A DNA stretch of 64,000 nt from an uncultured Bacteroidota bacterium (GTDB lineage: Bacteria > Bacteroidota > Bacteroidia > Bacteroidales > F082). The notes beneath the pieces were generated by a model that saw only the letters and a list, made by a program, of their open reading frames with translations, was not told where the DNA came from and ran no database searches. Both the position numbers and the translations under genes were made by a program. The DNA lies in contig CAJBPB010000286.1 of assembly GCA_903957365.1 (NCBI GenBank), positions 8,046 through 72,045 of the forward strand, read 5' to 3'. Positions 1 to 9,017 of this stretch are shown piece after piece; the stretch's first letter is position 1, and the number at the start of each line of letters is the position of its first letter.

Positions 1-973
1 CCTTGCCATCACGACCAGCTCTGCCAGCTTCCTGAAAATAAGCTTCAAGTGAATCAGGTAAATCAAAATGGATAACCATCCGGACATCAGGTTTATCAAT
101 CCCCATACCAAATGCGTTGGTTGACACGATGACCTTGCTTCTTCCCTGCATCCACAACTTCTGTCGTTCATCGCGCAAGCGGGCATCCAGACCAGCATGG
201 TAAAATGTTGAAGAAATTCCTTTCGATTGTAAATAGTCTGAGATGTCATGTGTACGTTTTCTGTTTCTGACATAAACGATAGCACTACCCGAAACAGACT
301 TTTGAAGAAGCCTCAGCAGAACGCCATATTTATCAGGTTCATACAACACATTGTAAGTCAAATTTTTACGCTCGTAACTTGTTTGAAATACATTGTTCTT
401 TTTAAATGAAAGACGCTGCTGAATATCCGTCACTACCATCTTTGTAGCCGTTGCTGTAAGCGCAAGAACCGGTGTGTTGGGCAAAAATGGTCTGATCTGG
501 GCAATTTGGAGATAAGGTGGCCGAAAATCATATCCCCATTGTGAAATACAATGCGACTCATCAACAGCTATTAAATTGATTTTCATACGCCTGATCAAAT
601 CCAGAAAACGTTCTGTCTGAATTCGTTCAGGAGAAACATATAAAAATTTTAACCTGCCAAATACAGCCAGATTATACGCCAGTTCTACTTCATTTGGATG
701 CAGTCCTGAATAAATTGCCGCCGCCGGAATATTGATCTTCTTCAGATGTTGAACCTGATCTTTCATTAAAGCGATCAGTGGTGTAATAACCAGACACAGA
801 CCTTCTTGCATCAGACCAGGAACCTGAAAACAAACAGATTTACCTCCACCTGTAGGCAACAGAGCGAGGGTATCATTTCCAGCTAAAACAGAATTCACAA
901 TTTCTTCCTGCATTGGACGGAAAGCAGCGTACCCCCAATATTTCAGCAATACTTTTTGTGCTTCAGTAGCCAT
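1..973 (-). CDS. recQ: ATP-dependent DNA helicase RecQ, N-terminal part (runs off the window at position 1)
   Basis: Not in the ORF track. My reverse-strand translation from the ATG at 973-971 gives MATEAQKVLLKYWGYAAFRPMQEEIV...LLPTGGGKSVCFQVP (Walker A), VDESHCISQWGYDFRP (DExH box) and QEAGRAGRDGK (motif VI) at the window edge. Confidence 0.9.
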   Translation of the reverse strand, partial: MATEAQKVLLKYWGYAAFRPMQEEIVNSVLAGNDTLALLPTGGGKSVCFQVPGLMQEGLCLVITPLIALMKDQVQHLKKINIPAAAIYSGLHPNEVELAYNLAVFGRLKFLYVSPERIQTERFLDLIRRMKINLIAVDESHCISQWGYDFRPPYLQIAQIRPFLPNTPVLALTATATKMVVTDIQQRLSFKKNNVFQTSYERKNLTYNVLYEPDKYGVLLRLLQKSVSGSAIVYVRNRKRTHDISDYLQSKGISSTFYHAGLDARLRDERQKLWMQGRSKVIVSTNAFGMGIDKPDVRMVIHFDLPDSLEAYFQEAGRAGRDGK

Positions 974-986
974 GGATCAGAGCTTT

Positions 987-1181
987 TTAAGCAAGATTTG
1001 AATTCCCTTTTACATGCTTTGGCCAATACGGACAATGCCGGCAGCCATTGGAGCAGCAATACCCCCTTTTTGTCAGGTATTCTTTTGTCATTACGCGGTA
1101 ACCATTCTCGAGGTAAAAATCTTCTCCCTCAGTCAGTTTATTATTAAATCTTGTAAATCTGTCATCAGATGGTTTATCCAT
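987..1181 (-). CDS. small Cys-rich protein, DUF5522-like (CCSNGCRHCPYWP motif)
   Basis: 64-aa ORF directly upstream of recQ on the same strand (13-nt gap) and 3 nt after the preceding membrane-protein gene. The C-C-x3-C-x2-C-P-Y motif matches my recollection of the DUF5522 family. Confidence 0.6.
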   Translation of the reverse strand: MDKPSDDRFTRFNNKLTEGEDFYLENGYRVMTKEYLTKRGYCCSNGCRHCPYWPKHVKGNSNLA

Positions 1182-1184
1182 TTT

Positions 1185-2993
1185 TTATAATTCGTTTGTT
1201 AATAGAAATTTAACTTTCAAATCATCAATGAGAAACTGGTATTTTGCAGGATCCCAGACATACACTTTTACTTGTGCCAAATCTTTATCCCATGCCGATA
1301 CTTTAAACCCGAAGTTCGCTTCATTCCAGCTATTTATTTTACCAGAAGGCAGTTGTAACAAACGAAAAGTCTTATAAAATACAACCTGATTTTTTTTATT
1401 TGTTGCTGCATAAACCACCAATGCTTTGTTATCGGCAATTGGCATCAATAAATTATATTTAAGGCTAACTTCAACATAAACAGGCGAATCGGTCTGGATC
1501 AAACGATTTGGTCCTAAAACAAGTGTCGGGCTAAATTCAGACTTATCATTCATATAAGCTACTTTCCTTCCAGAAAATGCTTTATCAGATTCTATAATAT
1601 TATTCTCAGAAAAATCAGGTATTGCTTTTTCCAGATCATTGAAAAAATCAAGTTCATTTATCTGTGTTGGTGATACGAATAGTGGTTCAATATCGCTTCC
1701 AATTACATCCATATATTTCTCACTGGTTTTAAGAAAAACATAGCGGTATTTTTCAAAAGTCATACTGTCGTGATGTAAAATTCCCTTATAATACTGATAA
1801 GTCTGTAACTGATTAAACCCTACTATAAGAACAGATACAATTAAAAAAATTAGAAATCCTGGTTTTGAATTGACTATTTTATTGATTGTGAATGCAAGTA
1901 AAATTGCAAAAAGAGAATAAAAATCTATCATTGACCGCATTCCAAAACTATCACCGTAGAACCAGTTCCACCAACTTGACAAAATGAAAACAGCAAGAAT
2001 AATAAATCCAGTTATTGTAATAAAGCTATACTTTGATTTTTTGTAAATCAGAAAAAATGCAGGCAATATGGCTAACATATAAGGAGTATAAATAAAAAAA
2101 CCTTTCTTAAATCCGAAAAGAAAATTTAAGAAATGAGGGTGTAAGAAATCAAAACCTTCATTTTTATATGACCAGACGAACAGAGAACCTGTTTGCACAA
2201 TATTGAAAGTAAATTGAATTCCTACTATCAATAAAACAACCAACATCGCAATTATGGCGTAATACCACCTCTCTTTCAGAATCTGGAATGCTGATTTTAA
2301 AGTTTCAAAACTGCCTGATATAAAAGGCAATGCACCTATGATCATTACATTGGTTGGTCGGATTAAAATCACAAATCCCAATGAAACAGCGGCATACATC
2401 AAATCAATGATTTGATAATTCAAGAAAAACCTTCGACTGAATAAGAGAAAAACCGAAATTGCTGCAAAGGAATAAACATGAGAATGGGATGGGTGCAACA
2501 TGGCATAGTAAAAAAGATTTGTGCCAAAAAAAAGCACTATGATAACCATCAGCGCAATATATTTCTCAAAATTGAATAATCTGAGCAGTTTCGTAGTCGC
2601 AAATAATCCAATTACGAGATAAAATGCTGCTGACATCGCAACCGCAAACTGATATAAGATATTGTAACCATCAGTAGGCATTCCTAAAATGTTTGAATAC
2701 AAAGTAGCAACAAGATAGAATGGTGAGATGAAAAGTGCTGTTCCTAAAAAGTATTTATTAATCAATACTTTATCGTGCTGATGAAAATAATGACCATCGT
2801 AACTTAAACTTTTGTGTGCTTTTTCGTATTCGTAAACCTGAGTAAAATCTGTTGTGTGATAATGAAAAACTGTTGGTAGCCAGGCATAATAGCCAGCGCC
2901 ATCGCCATCTATTATTGATTTGGCTCCTGAGCCTCGAAAAAGCTGAATACCAATGAAAAGTATTAGAACTGTACTGACAACCAATGTTCGCAT
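1185..2993 (-). CDS. polytopic membrane protein, GT-C-like glycosyltransferase architecture with a soluble C-terminal domain
   Basis: 602-aa ORF. The first ~400 aa contain about 12 hydrophobic helices, with DGDGAGYYAWLP after TM1 (a motif seen in ArnT/PMT-like membrane glycosyltransferases). The ~200-aa C-terminal region is hydrophilic. Confidence 0.55.
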   Translation of the reverse strand: MRTLVVSTVLILFIGIQLFRGSGAKSIIDGDGAGYYAWLPTVFHYHTTDFTQVYEYEKAHKSLSYDGHYFHQHDKVLINKYFLGTALFISPFYLVATLYSNILGMPTDGYNILYQFAVAMSAAFYLVIGLFATTKLLRLFNFEKYIALMVIIVLFFGTNLFYYAMLHPSHSHVYSFAAISVFLLFSRRFFLNYQIIDLMYAAVSLGFVILIRPTNVMIIGALPFISGSFETLKSAFQILKERWYYAIIAMLVVLLIVGIQFTFNIVQTGSLFVWSYKNEGFDFLHPHFLNFLFGFKKGFFIYTPYMLAILPAFFLIYKKSKYSFITITGFIILAVFILSSWWNWFYGDSFGMRSMIDFYSLFAILLAFTINKIVNSKPGFLIFLIVSVLIVGFNQLQTYQYYKGILHHDSMTFEKYRYVFLKTSEKYMDVIGSDIEPLFVSPTQINELDFFNDLEKAIPDFSENNIIESDKAFSGRKVAYMNDKSEFSPTLVLGPNRLIQTDSPVYVEVSLKYNLLMPIADNKALVVYAATNKKNQVVFYKTFRLLQLPSGKINSWNEANFGFKVSAWDKDLAQVKVYVWDPAKYQFLIDDLKVKFLLTNEL

Positions 2994-3121
2994 AAATACC
3001 CAAAATATGAATGTAGTTAAACAACGAATTGTAAAGATAATTATTATCGACTGTCAAGTTACAATTCTGGCTATGAAATACATCAGAATATATACAGTCG
3101 CTTCAATTTTCGCCAGTCATT

Positions 3122-3592
3122 TTACAAAATCGGATAGTCGCGTTCAAAACCAGCTTCGAGTGATATGAAGGTCTCGGTAAAAGTGATTTCCGGAATAGAT
3201 TGTATTTTCTCAACAATGATTTGTTTAAGATGTTCATTGTTAGCAGCATACGCCTTAACAAGCAAGGAATACTTTCCACTGATATGATGACACTCAACAA
3301 TCTCAGGAATTTCTTTTACCTTATTAAATACTTCTTCATGTGTTCTGGTAGAAGTCAGGTTGACCTGAATACCAATAAAAGCACACGTTAACAATCCAAG
3401 TCCTTTTGCACTCAATTTAAATTTAGAGCCGACGATAACACCTGCCTCAGTCATTCTGTTAACACGCTGATGAATAGCGGCACCTGAAACACGGCATTTT
3501 CGGGCCACTTCTACAAATGGAGTGCGGGCATCAGCCAATAAAAGCGCGAGAATACGACGATCCAAAGTATCAAGATGAAAGGAATTTTGCAT
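3122..3592 (-). CDS. Lrp/AsnC family transcriptional regulator
   Basis: 156 aa. N-terminal HTH (LDRRILALLLADARTPFVEVARKCRVSGAAIHQRVNRM) followed by an AsnC-type ligand-binding domain. Divergent from an amino-acid catabolic gene. Confidence 0.9.
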   Translation of the reverse strand: MQNSFHLDTLDRRILALLLADARTPFVEVARKCRVSGAAIHQRVNRMTEAGVIVGSKFKLSAKGLGLLTCAFIGIQVNLTSTRTHEEVFNKVKEIPEIVECHHISGKYSLLVKAYAANNEHLKQIIVEKIQSIPEITFTETFISLEAGFERDYPIL

Positions 3593-3712
3593 TTTATTCT
3601 AATTTAACTATCAATTTTATACAAATCTATAAATATTACTTTCAATATTTATCTTTTTCATTCATTTTCTACAAATTATTTAACTTATATTGATATTTTG
3701 ATTACATAATCG

Positions 3713-3720
3713 TACTTTTG
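3713..3720 (+). promoter_or_regulatory. Bacteroidota-type -7 promoter box TACTTTTG (TAnnTTTG)
   Basis: Exact TAnnTTTG match 33 nt upstream of the ATG at 3753, in the AT-rich divergent lrp/lyase intergenic region. Confidence 0.4.
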
Positions 3721-3752
3721 TTTTGATATTTAATTTTAAAAAATCATACCCT

Positions 3753-4952
3753 ATGAAATTTGATCCGGCAAGCCGTATTCAAGATCTGAGACAATTCGGA
3801 GAATACGGAGATGTAAACCCATCCATCACTGATTCAGCTACTTACACATTCATGCAAGCAAAAACTATGGCTGACACCTTTCATGGTGAGACTGAAGGTT
3901 GTTTTCTGTATTCGCGTCACTGGAATCCATCCAATAAATACCTTGCCGATGCTATGGCGGCTATGGAAGGCACCGAAGCAGGCTGGGTTACAGGAAGCGG
4001 TATGGGAGCTATCACAACTGCTTTTCTTCAACTTTGCAACTCGGGTGACCATATTATATCGAGCATGACAATTTATGGTGGTTCATTTGCCTTTCTGCAA
4101 AACTGGCTTCCTCGTTTCAATATCAATGTAACATTTGTAAATATTACAGATCTGGACGCTGTAAGAGCTGCTATCCGGCCAAATACAAAGGTCATTTATA
4201 CTGAAACAATGACTAATCCTATGTTGCAGATAAGCGACATCCCGGCTCTGGCCAAAATCTCAAATGAAAATAATATCAAACTTGTTGTTGACAACACTTT
4301 TACACCAATGATGGTTACTCCTTCTCGTTTAGGAGCGCATATTGTAGTGTATAGTCTGACAAAATTTGTCAATGGAAAAAACGACTGTGTTGCTGGAGCA
4401 ATTTGCGGAACTCATGATTTCATTGGTCAGCTGATCGATGTAAATAGCGGCACAGCCATGTTACTTGGGCCTGTTCTCGACCCCATGCGAAGTTCAAGTA
4501 TTTTGAAAAACATGCATACTCTGCATCTACGTATGAAACAGCACAGTTTTAATGCGATGTACCTGGCCAATAAATTTGTAGAAGCAGGCGTTACCATTCA
4601 TTATCCCGGATTACCAACAAATAAAGGACATGAGACTCTGAAAAGAATGATGGATCCGCAGTTTGGATTTGGCGGTATGATAGCCATTGATCTTGGCACT
4701 GCTGAGCAAGCAAGTAAACTAATGGAGAAAATGGAGATCGAAGATGTTGGTTATCTGGCAGTCAGCCTCGGGTATTTTAAAACACTATTTAGCAACAGTG
4801 GTAAAAGTACCTCATCTGAAGTTCCCGAAGAAGTTCAGCGCGAGATGGGTCTATCTGAAGGAATGGTACGTTTCAGCGTCGGGCTTGATAACGATATAGA
4901 ACGTACGTGGGAGAAAATTCATAAAAGTCTGAGGGAAACTGGCTGTATTTAA
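3753..4952 (+). CDS. Cys/Met-metabolism PLP-dependent enzyme, methionine gamma-lyase-like
   Basis: ORF track 3723..4952 starts at a TTG; the ATG at 3753 (MKFDPASR...) lies downstream of the -7 box. Family motifs seen: YSRHWNPS, GSGMGAI, YSLTKFVNGKND (PLP lysine). Confidence 0.85.
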   Translation: MKFDPASRIQDLRQFGEYGDVNPSITDSATYTFMQAKTMADTFHGETEGCFLYSRHWNPSNKYLADAMAAMEGTEAGWVTGSGMGAITTAFLQLCNSGDHIISSMTIYGGSFAFLQNWLPRFNINVTFVNITDLDAVRAAIRPNTKVIYTETMTNPMLQISDIPALAKISNENNIKLVVDNTFTPMMVTPSRLGAHIVVYSLTKFVNGKNDCVAGAICGTHDFIGQLIDVNSGTAMLLGPVLDPMRSSSILKNMHTLHLRMKQHSFNAMYLANKFVEAGVTIHYPGLPTNKGHETLKRMMDPQFGFGGMIAIDLGTAEQASKLMEKMEIEDVGYLAVSLGYFKTLFSNSGKSTSSEVPEEVQREMGLSEGMVRFSVGLDNDIERTWEKIHKSLRETGCI

Positions 4953-4974
4953 CTTACAGTTTTCTATAATTCAA

Positions 4975-5007
4975 ATGGGCATCCTGATTTTAGGATGTCC
5001 ATTTTTG
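4975..5007 (+). terminator. Rho-independent terminator
   Basis: ATGGGCATCCT-GATTTT-AGGATGTCCAT (11-bp stem with one G.U) followed by TTTT, 23 nt after the lyase stop. Confidence 0.7.
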
Positions 5008-5129
5008 TTAGATCTGGATTCAGTTTGTTTACATTCCAGAAACAGAGAAAGAAATTGCTTCATTATTACTCATTAAAATGATCAATACAGAATATTAAAA
5101 AATCGCTTGAAATAAAAAATGAATGATTG

Positions 5130-5137
5130 TACTTTTG
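5130..5137 (+). promoter_or_regulatory. -7 promoter box TACTTTTG
   Basis: Exact TAnnTTTG match 46 nt upstream of the ATG at 5183. Confidence 0.35.
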
Positions 5138-5182
5138 ATCAGTATTTTTTCTGAACCGATTAATAACCAAACCTAATCAGCG

Positions 5183-6709
5183 ATGAATGCCATTAAAAAA
5201 ATCGTTGCCATTAAAGACCGGATGTTTTTAATTACAGTTATAGTACTGGGATTAATTGTCCCGCAAACATCAAATGCTCAGGAAATTCAAGGAGAGATTC
5301 TTCTTGACACCCTTGATTTTAAGATAATAAGGGTTTGGGGAACCCACACTGAAAGGGGTTATGCTTATGGTTATATAACTGGAAATGAAATAAATGACAT
5401 TTTTGACAATTATATAAAACCAATGTTTGGTAATTATTACAACACCGCCCGAAATTTAATCCTTGCTGAAGGTAATTTTCAAATTAATGAAGTTTACATC
5501 ATGGAAGCCCAGGCAATTATTGACGGTATGACAGAATCCGGAACCAACACGCAAAATCTGGATGTTACAGATATGTTAGTAGGCAATTGTATGCTGGACA
5601 TACAGGGTATTTTAGGGAAAAGTTCAGGGTTGGGTTGTTCCAGCCTGATGAGCTGGGGCGATGCCACAACCAATACGGATCTCAATGGTGAAGCGATCAT
5701 AACAAGACATCTGGATTGGTCGAGTAACACTACCTTATTAAGCAATCATCTTATAGTGATTCATCAGCCTACTGAAGAATCGGAACAAAACTGGATGCTT
5801 ATCGGATTTACCGGAATGATGGGTGCACTATCAGGAGTAAATAATTATTTAGGTGTATTTCAGCATGTTATGGCTGATTATACAAGTAACGGTCAACAAA
5901 ATAAATCATATAAACCAATCTGGTTTGCAATGCGCGATGCCCTCGAAAAATCGGATTATAATAGTGACGGCAACTGTAACGTGATTGACATTAAAAATTC
6001 GCTTGATGATTCACCAAACGGTTTTGCAAGTGGTTATCTAATCAATGGATTGTCAGATAATGTTTCATCTGATGACCTGACAGCCATTGTTGCAGAAATA
6101 ACCCCCACAGCACCTACACATGTTTATCGTAATAACACGTTCCCTGACAGTATTCCAGGAGACAATTTGTACAGCGCTAACAATCAGATTGCCAGGAATA
6201 ACCTCATGCACTTTTGCAACCGGTATAACAACATCCGCAATCATATAGGAGACGGAACACTTATTGGCCCTGAGGAAAACTGGGATCTGATGCGTGATTG
6301 GTCACACCAGAGTAACAATATTCAGGTAATGCAGTTTGCACCTGCCATAAATCATTTCAGGATTGGTGTTAAAAATGACCTTCCTGCCTATCAAAGTGAA
6401 TATATTGACTTAGATCTGAATGATTTACTAAACAGTGTGACTTTTATCAAACAGCATAAAAACAAAACATCACTCACATTTTATCCAAATCCGACAGTTG
6501 ATCAAATCATCATTTCCGACATGGGGGCAGTGCCTGTACCTTATACGATTGAAGTGATAAACTTCAATGGGATGGTTGTGCAAAAAATTGAAATTACTGA
6601 AAAAATATCATCTTTCAAATTACCATTAAGTAATTATGGGAAAGGTATTTATACAATTCATATTCATGGTAAGCAATTATCATCCCGACAGAAAATCATT
6701 AAAATATAA
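5183..6709 (+). CDS. secreted protein with Ntn-hydrolase (C45/choloylglycine-hydrolase-like) signature and T9SS C-terminal sorting domain
   Basis: Signal peptide (IVLGLIVPQTSNAQE). Internal GLGCSSLMSWG...ITRHLDW resembles the G|C(S/T) autoprocessing site plus the downstream RxxDW of Ntn cysteine hydrolases. C-terminal ~80 aa begins FYPNPTVDQIIIS (T9SS CTD). Confidence 0.5.
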   Translation: MNAIKKIVAIKDRMFLITVIVLGLIVPQTSNAQEIQGEILLDTLDFKIIRVWGTHTERGYAYGYITGNEINDIFDNYIKPMFGNYYNTARNLILAEGNFQINEVYIMEAQAIIDGMTESGTNTQNLDVTDMLVGNCMLDIQGILGKSSGLGCSSLMSWGDATTNTDLNGEAIITRHLDWSSNTTLLSNHLIVIHQPTEESEQNWMLIGFTGMMGALSGVNNYLGVFQHVMADYTSNGQQNKSYKPIWFAMRDALEKSDYNSDGNCNVIDIKNSLDDSPNGFASGYLINGLSDNVSSDDLTAIVAEITPTAPTHVYRNNTFPDSIPGDNLYSANNQIARNNLMHFCNRYNNIRNHIGDGTLIGPEENWDLMRDWSHQSNNIQVMQFAPAINHFRIGVKNDLPAYQSEYIDLDLNDLLNSVTFIKQHKNKTSLTFYPNPTVDQIIISDMGAVPVPYTIEVINFNGMVVQKIEITEKISSFKLPLSNYGKGIYTIHIHGKQLSSRQKIIKI

Positions 6710-6856
6710 TTCTTAACTTTTGCAGTTTCCCTGCCCAATCCTTAGCAAAAGTGCTTTTATGGCTTTTACATGAAATATCAACAAAAAAGAAAGTTTTAAA
6801 ACGTCCAAATTAGATCGTTTCATGATTTTTCATTGACCCATTTCAGGCAAAAGACC

Positions 6857-6864
6857 TATTTTTG
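6857..6864 (+). promoter_or_regulatory. -7 promoter box TATTTTTG
   Basis: Exact TAnnTTTG match 28 nt upstream of the ATG at 6892. Confidence 0.35.
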
Positions 6865-6891
6865 TAAATCTCATATTCGAACTTAAATTCA

Positions 6892-8970
6892 ATGAAAAAA
6901 GCGCTCCTTATTATTTTCACTTTAACCCTGATCTTACGTTTAAACGCCCAAACCTTCTTTGGGACCGGCGGAATCATTCCGGATGACGGTAATTCAATCT
7001 CATTTCCAATTACGGTGAGTGGACTAAGTCCGGCAGTTATTGATACGATCCATGGTTTGGCAATGGTTTCGGTTAACCTTACACATCCTTACGATTCAGA
7101 TTTACAATTCTCATTGGTAGCGCCAAATGGTGATATGGTTTTACTTTCTTATGCAAATGGCTGGGATGGTGACAATTACACAAATACACATTTCACTGAT
7201 ACCGCCAGCGTGTATATTGTTGAAGGAATTCCTCCTTTTACCGGATATTTTAAGCCACAGGAAATGCTGGGCAACATCAATGATGGCAGAAATGGAAATG
7301 GAATATGGAGACTTCATATTCTGGATATGTATGCTTATGCAGATCAGGGAAACCTGTTGAGCTGGAGCATTACTTTTGGTAATAATCCCACAGGGCCCTT
7401 CCACTTTGACAACTCCAATCTTCCGATTGTCCTTATCAATACCAATGGACAAGATATTCCTGATGACCCTAAGATATTAGTTGAAATGAAAATAATTGAC
7501 AATGGTCCTGGAAACCGAAACCACATAACTGACACACCAGTTTATGATGCTTACGCAGGCATCGAAATACGTGGATCAAGTTCACAAATGCATCCAAAAA
7601 AAAGCTATGGATTCGAAACCTGGGACGAAGCAGGTGAGGAAATAAAAGCCTCTTTACTCGGAATGCCAGAAGAAAGTGATTGGATTCTGAACGCAAATTA
7701 CTCCGATAAAACTTTTGTCCGTAATGCAATGGCATACCAGACATTTCGAAATCTGAATAATTATGCAACACGTTATAAATATGTGGAAGTAGTGATAAAT
7801 GGCATGTATAAAGGCATTTACATATTTTCTGAAAAAATAAAACGTGATGCCAACCGTGTGGATATTGCCAAACTTAAACCCGATCAAAATTCGGGTGATG
7901 AGCTTACAGGGGGATATATTTTTAAAATTGATAAAACTACAGGAAGTGGCGGAGACGGTTGGATTTCTGACTTTCCTCCTCCAAACCATGATAACGGACA
8001 AACAATTTTTTATCAGTACGAATTTCCAAAATCAGATGATATAACCGCCACTCAAAAAACATATATTCAAAATTATGTCAGCACTTTTGAAAATGTATTG
8101 TCTGGGAATGACTTTGATGACCCGGTAAGTGGATTCAGGAAATATGCAGTAGAGGCTACCTTTATCGATTATTTAATTGTTAACGAGGTTAGCAAAAATG
8201 TTGATGGTTACCGGTTAAGTACATTCGTGCATAAACAGCGCGAGAGTTTGGGCGGCAAACTTCGCTTGGGTCCGGTTTGGGATTACGATATTGCCTGGCA
8301 TAACGCGAATTACTGCGGGGGTACTGAATATACAGGATGGGCATATCAGTATCCATGTGCGGACGATTTCTGGCAGGTTCCTTTTTGGTGGGACAGATTA
8401 CTACAGGATTCCGTTTTTGCAAACAACTTGAAATGCAGATGGTTAGAAAAAAGAGAAACCGTTTTAAGTGATATATGGTTCGACCAATATATCGATAGTG
8501 TTGCAACTCTGCTTGATGAATCCCAACAAAGAAACTTTCAGGTATGGCCAATTCTGGGCATTTATGTCTGGCCTAATCCCGAACCAATACCTGCCACTTA
8601 TGCTGCCGAAATTTCCTCACTGAAAGAGTGGATGCACAATCGTCTTTCGTGGCTCGACAATAATATGCCTGGTAACTGTAACAGCGTTGGCACAAGCGAA
8701 TTGATTTTAAATCAGCCACAAATCAATATTTACCCGAACCCGGTCATTGATTTTTTAAATATTGAAATTCTTACCAAACCTGGACAAGAAATTTACGTGG
8801 AGTGTATTAATCAGTTTGGTCAGTCGATAATTAAATCGGAAACAATATATTCTGGCAAGGAACTAACATACATTCATTTAGACACAAAAAAACTAACACC
8901 TGGTTTCTGGATAGCAAGAGTTATTTCAGATAAAACTGTTTATCAGAAGAAATTCTTAAAAGTTGAATAG
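6892..8970 (+). CDS. proprotein-convertase P-domain + CotH kinase-family domain protein with T9SS C-terminal sorting domain
   Basis: Signal peptide. P-domain-like region (VSVNLTHPYDSDLQFSLVAPNG...WRLHILDMYAYADQGNLLSWSITF). CotH-like core (LPIVLINTNG...IEIRGSSSQMHPKKSYGFE...DWILNANYSDKTFVRNAMAY...GPVWDYDIAW). CTD begins IYPNPVIDFLNIE. Confidence 0.75.
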   Translation: MKKALLIIFTLTLILRLNAQTFFGTGGIIPDDGNSISFPITVSGLSPAVIDTIHGLAMVSVNLTHPYDSDLQFSLVAPNGDMVLLSYANGWDGDNYTNTHFTDTASVYIVEGIPPFTGYFKPQEMLGNINDGRNGNGIWRLHILDMYAYADQGNLLSWSITFGNNPTGPFHFDNSNLPIVLINTNGQDIPDDPKILVEMKIIDNGPGNRNHITDTPVYDAYAGIEIRGSSSQMHPKKSYGFETWDEAGEEIKASLLGMPEESDWILNANYSDKTFVRNAMAYQTFRNLNNYATRYKYVEVVINGMYKGIYIFSEKIKRDANRVDIAKLKPDQNSGDELTGGYIFKIDKTTGSGGDGWISDFPPPNHDNGQTIFYQYEFPKSDDITATQKTYIQNYVSTFENVLSGNDFDDPVSGFRKYAVEATFIDYLIVNEVSKNVDGYRLSTFVHKQRESLGGKLRLGPVWDYDIAWHNANYCGGTEYTGWAYQYPCADDFWQVPFWWDRLLQDSVFANNLKCRWLEKRETVLSDIWFDQYIDSVATLLDESQQRNFQVWPILGIYVWPNPEPIPATYAAEISSLKEWMHNRLSWLDNNMPGNCNSVGTSELILNQPQINIYPNPVIDFLNIEILTKPGQEIYVECINQFGQSIIKSETIYSGKELTYIHLDTKKLTPGFWIARVISDKTVYQKKFLKVE

Positions 8971-9017
8971 CTTTCCAATCATAAATATTTCAACGTCCGT
9001 ATAAAACAAAAAACAAC

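Noticed and set aside
3723-3752. Upstream non-ATG starts used by the ORF track (TTG 3723, GTG 15545, TTG 35306, TTG 46254, TTG 47662, TTG 44675).
   Set aside because: In each case a downstream ATG gives a canonical N-terminus (signal peptide, lipobox or family start). In two cases (3713-3720, 46249-46256) the TAnnTTTG box lies immediately upstream of or overlaps the TTG, leaving no room for a transcribed leader.
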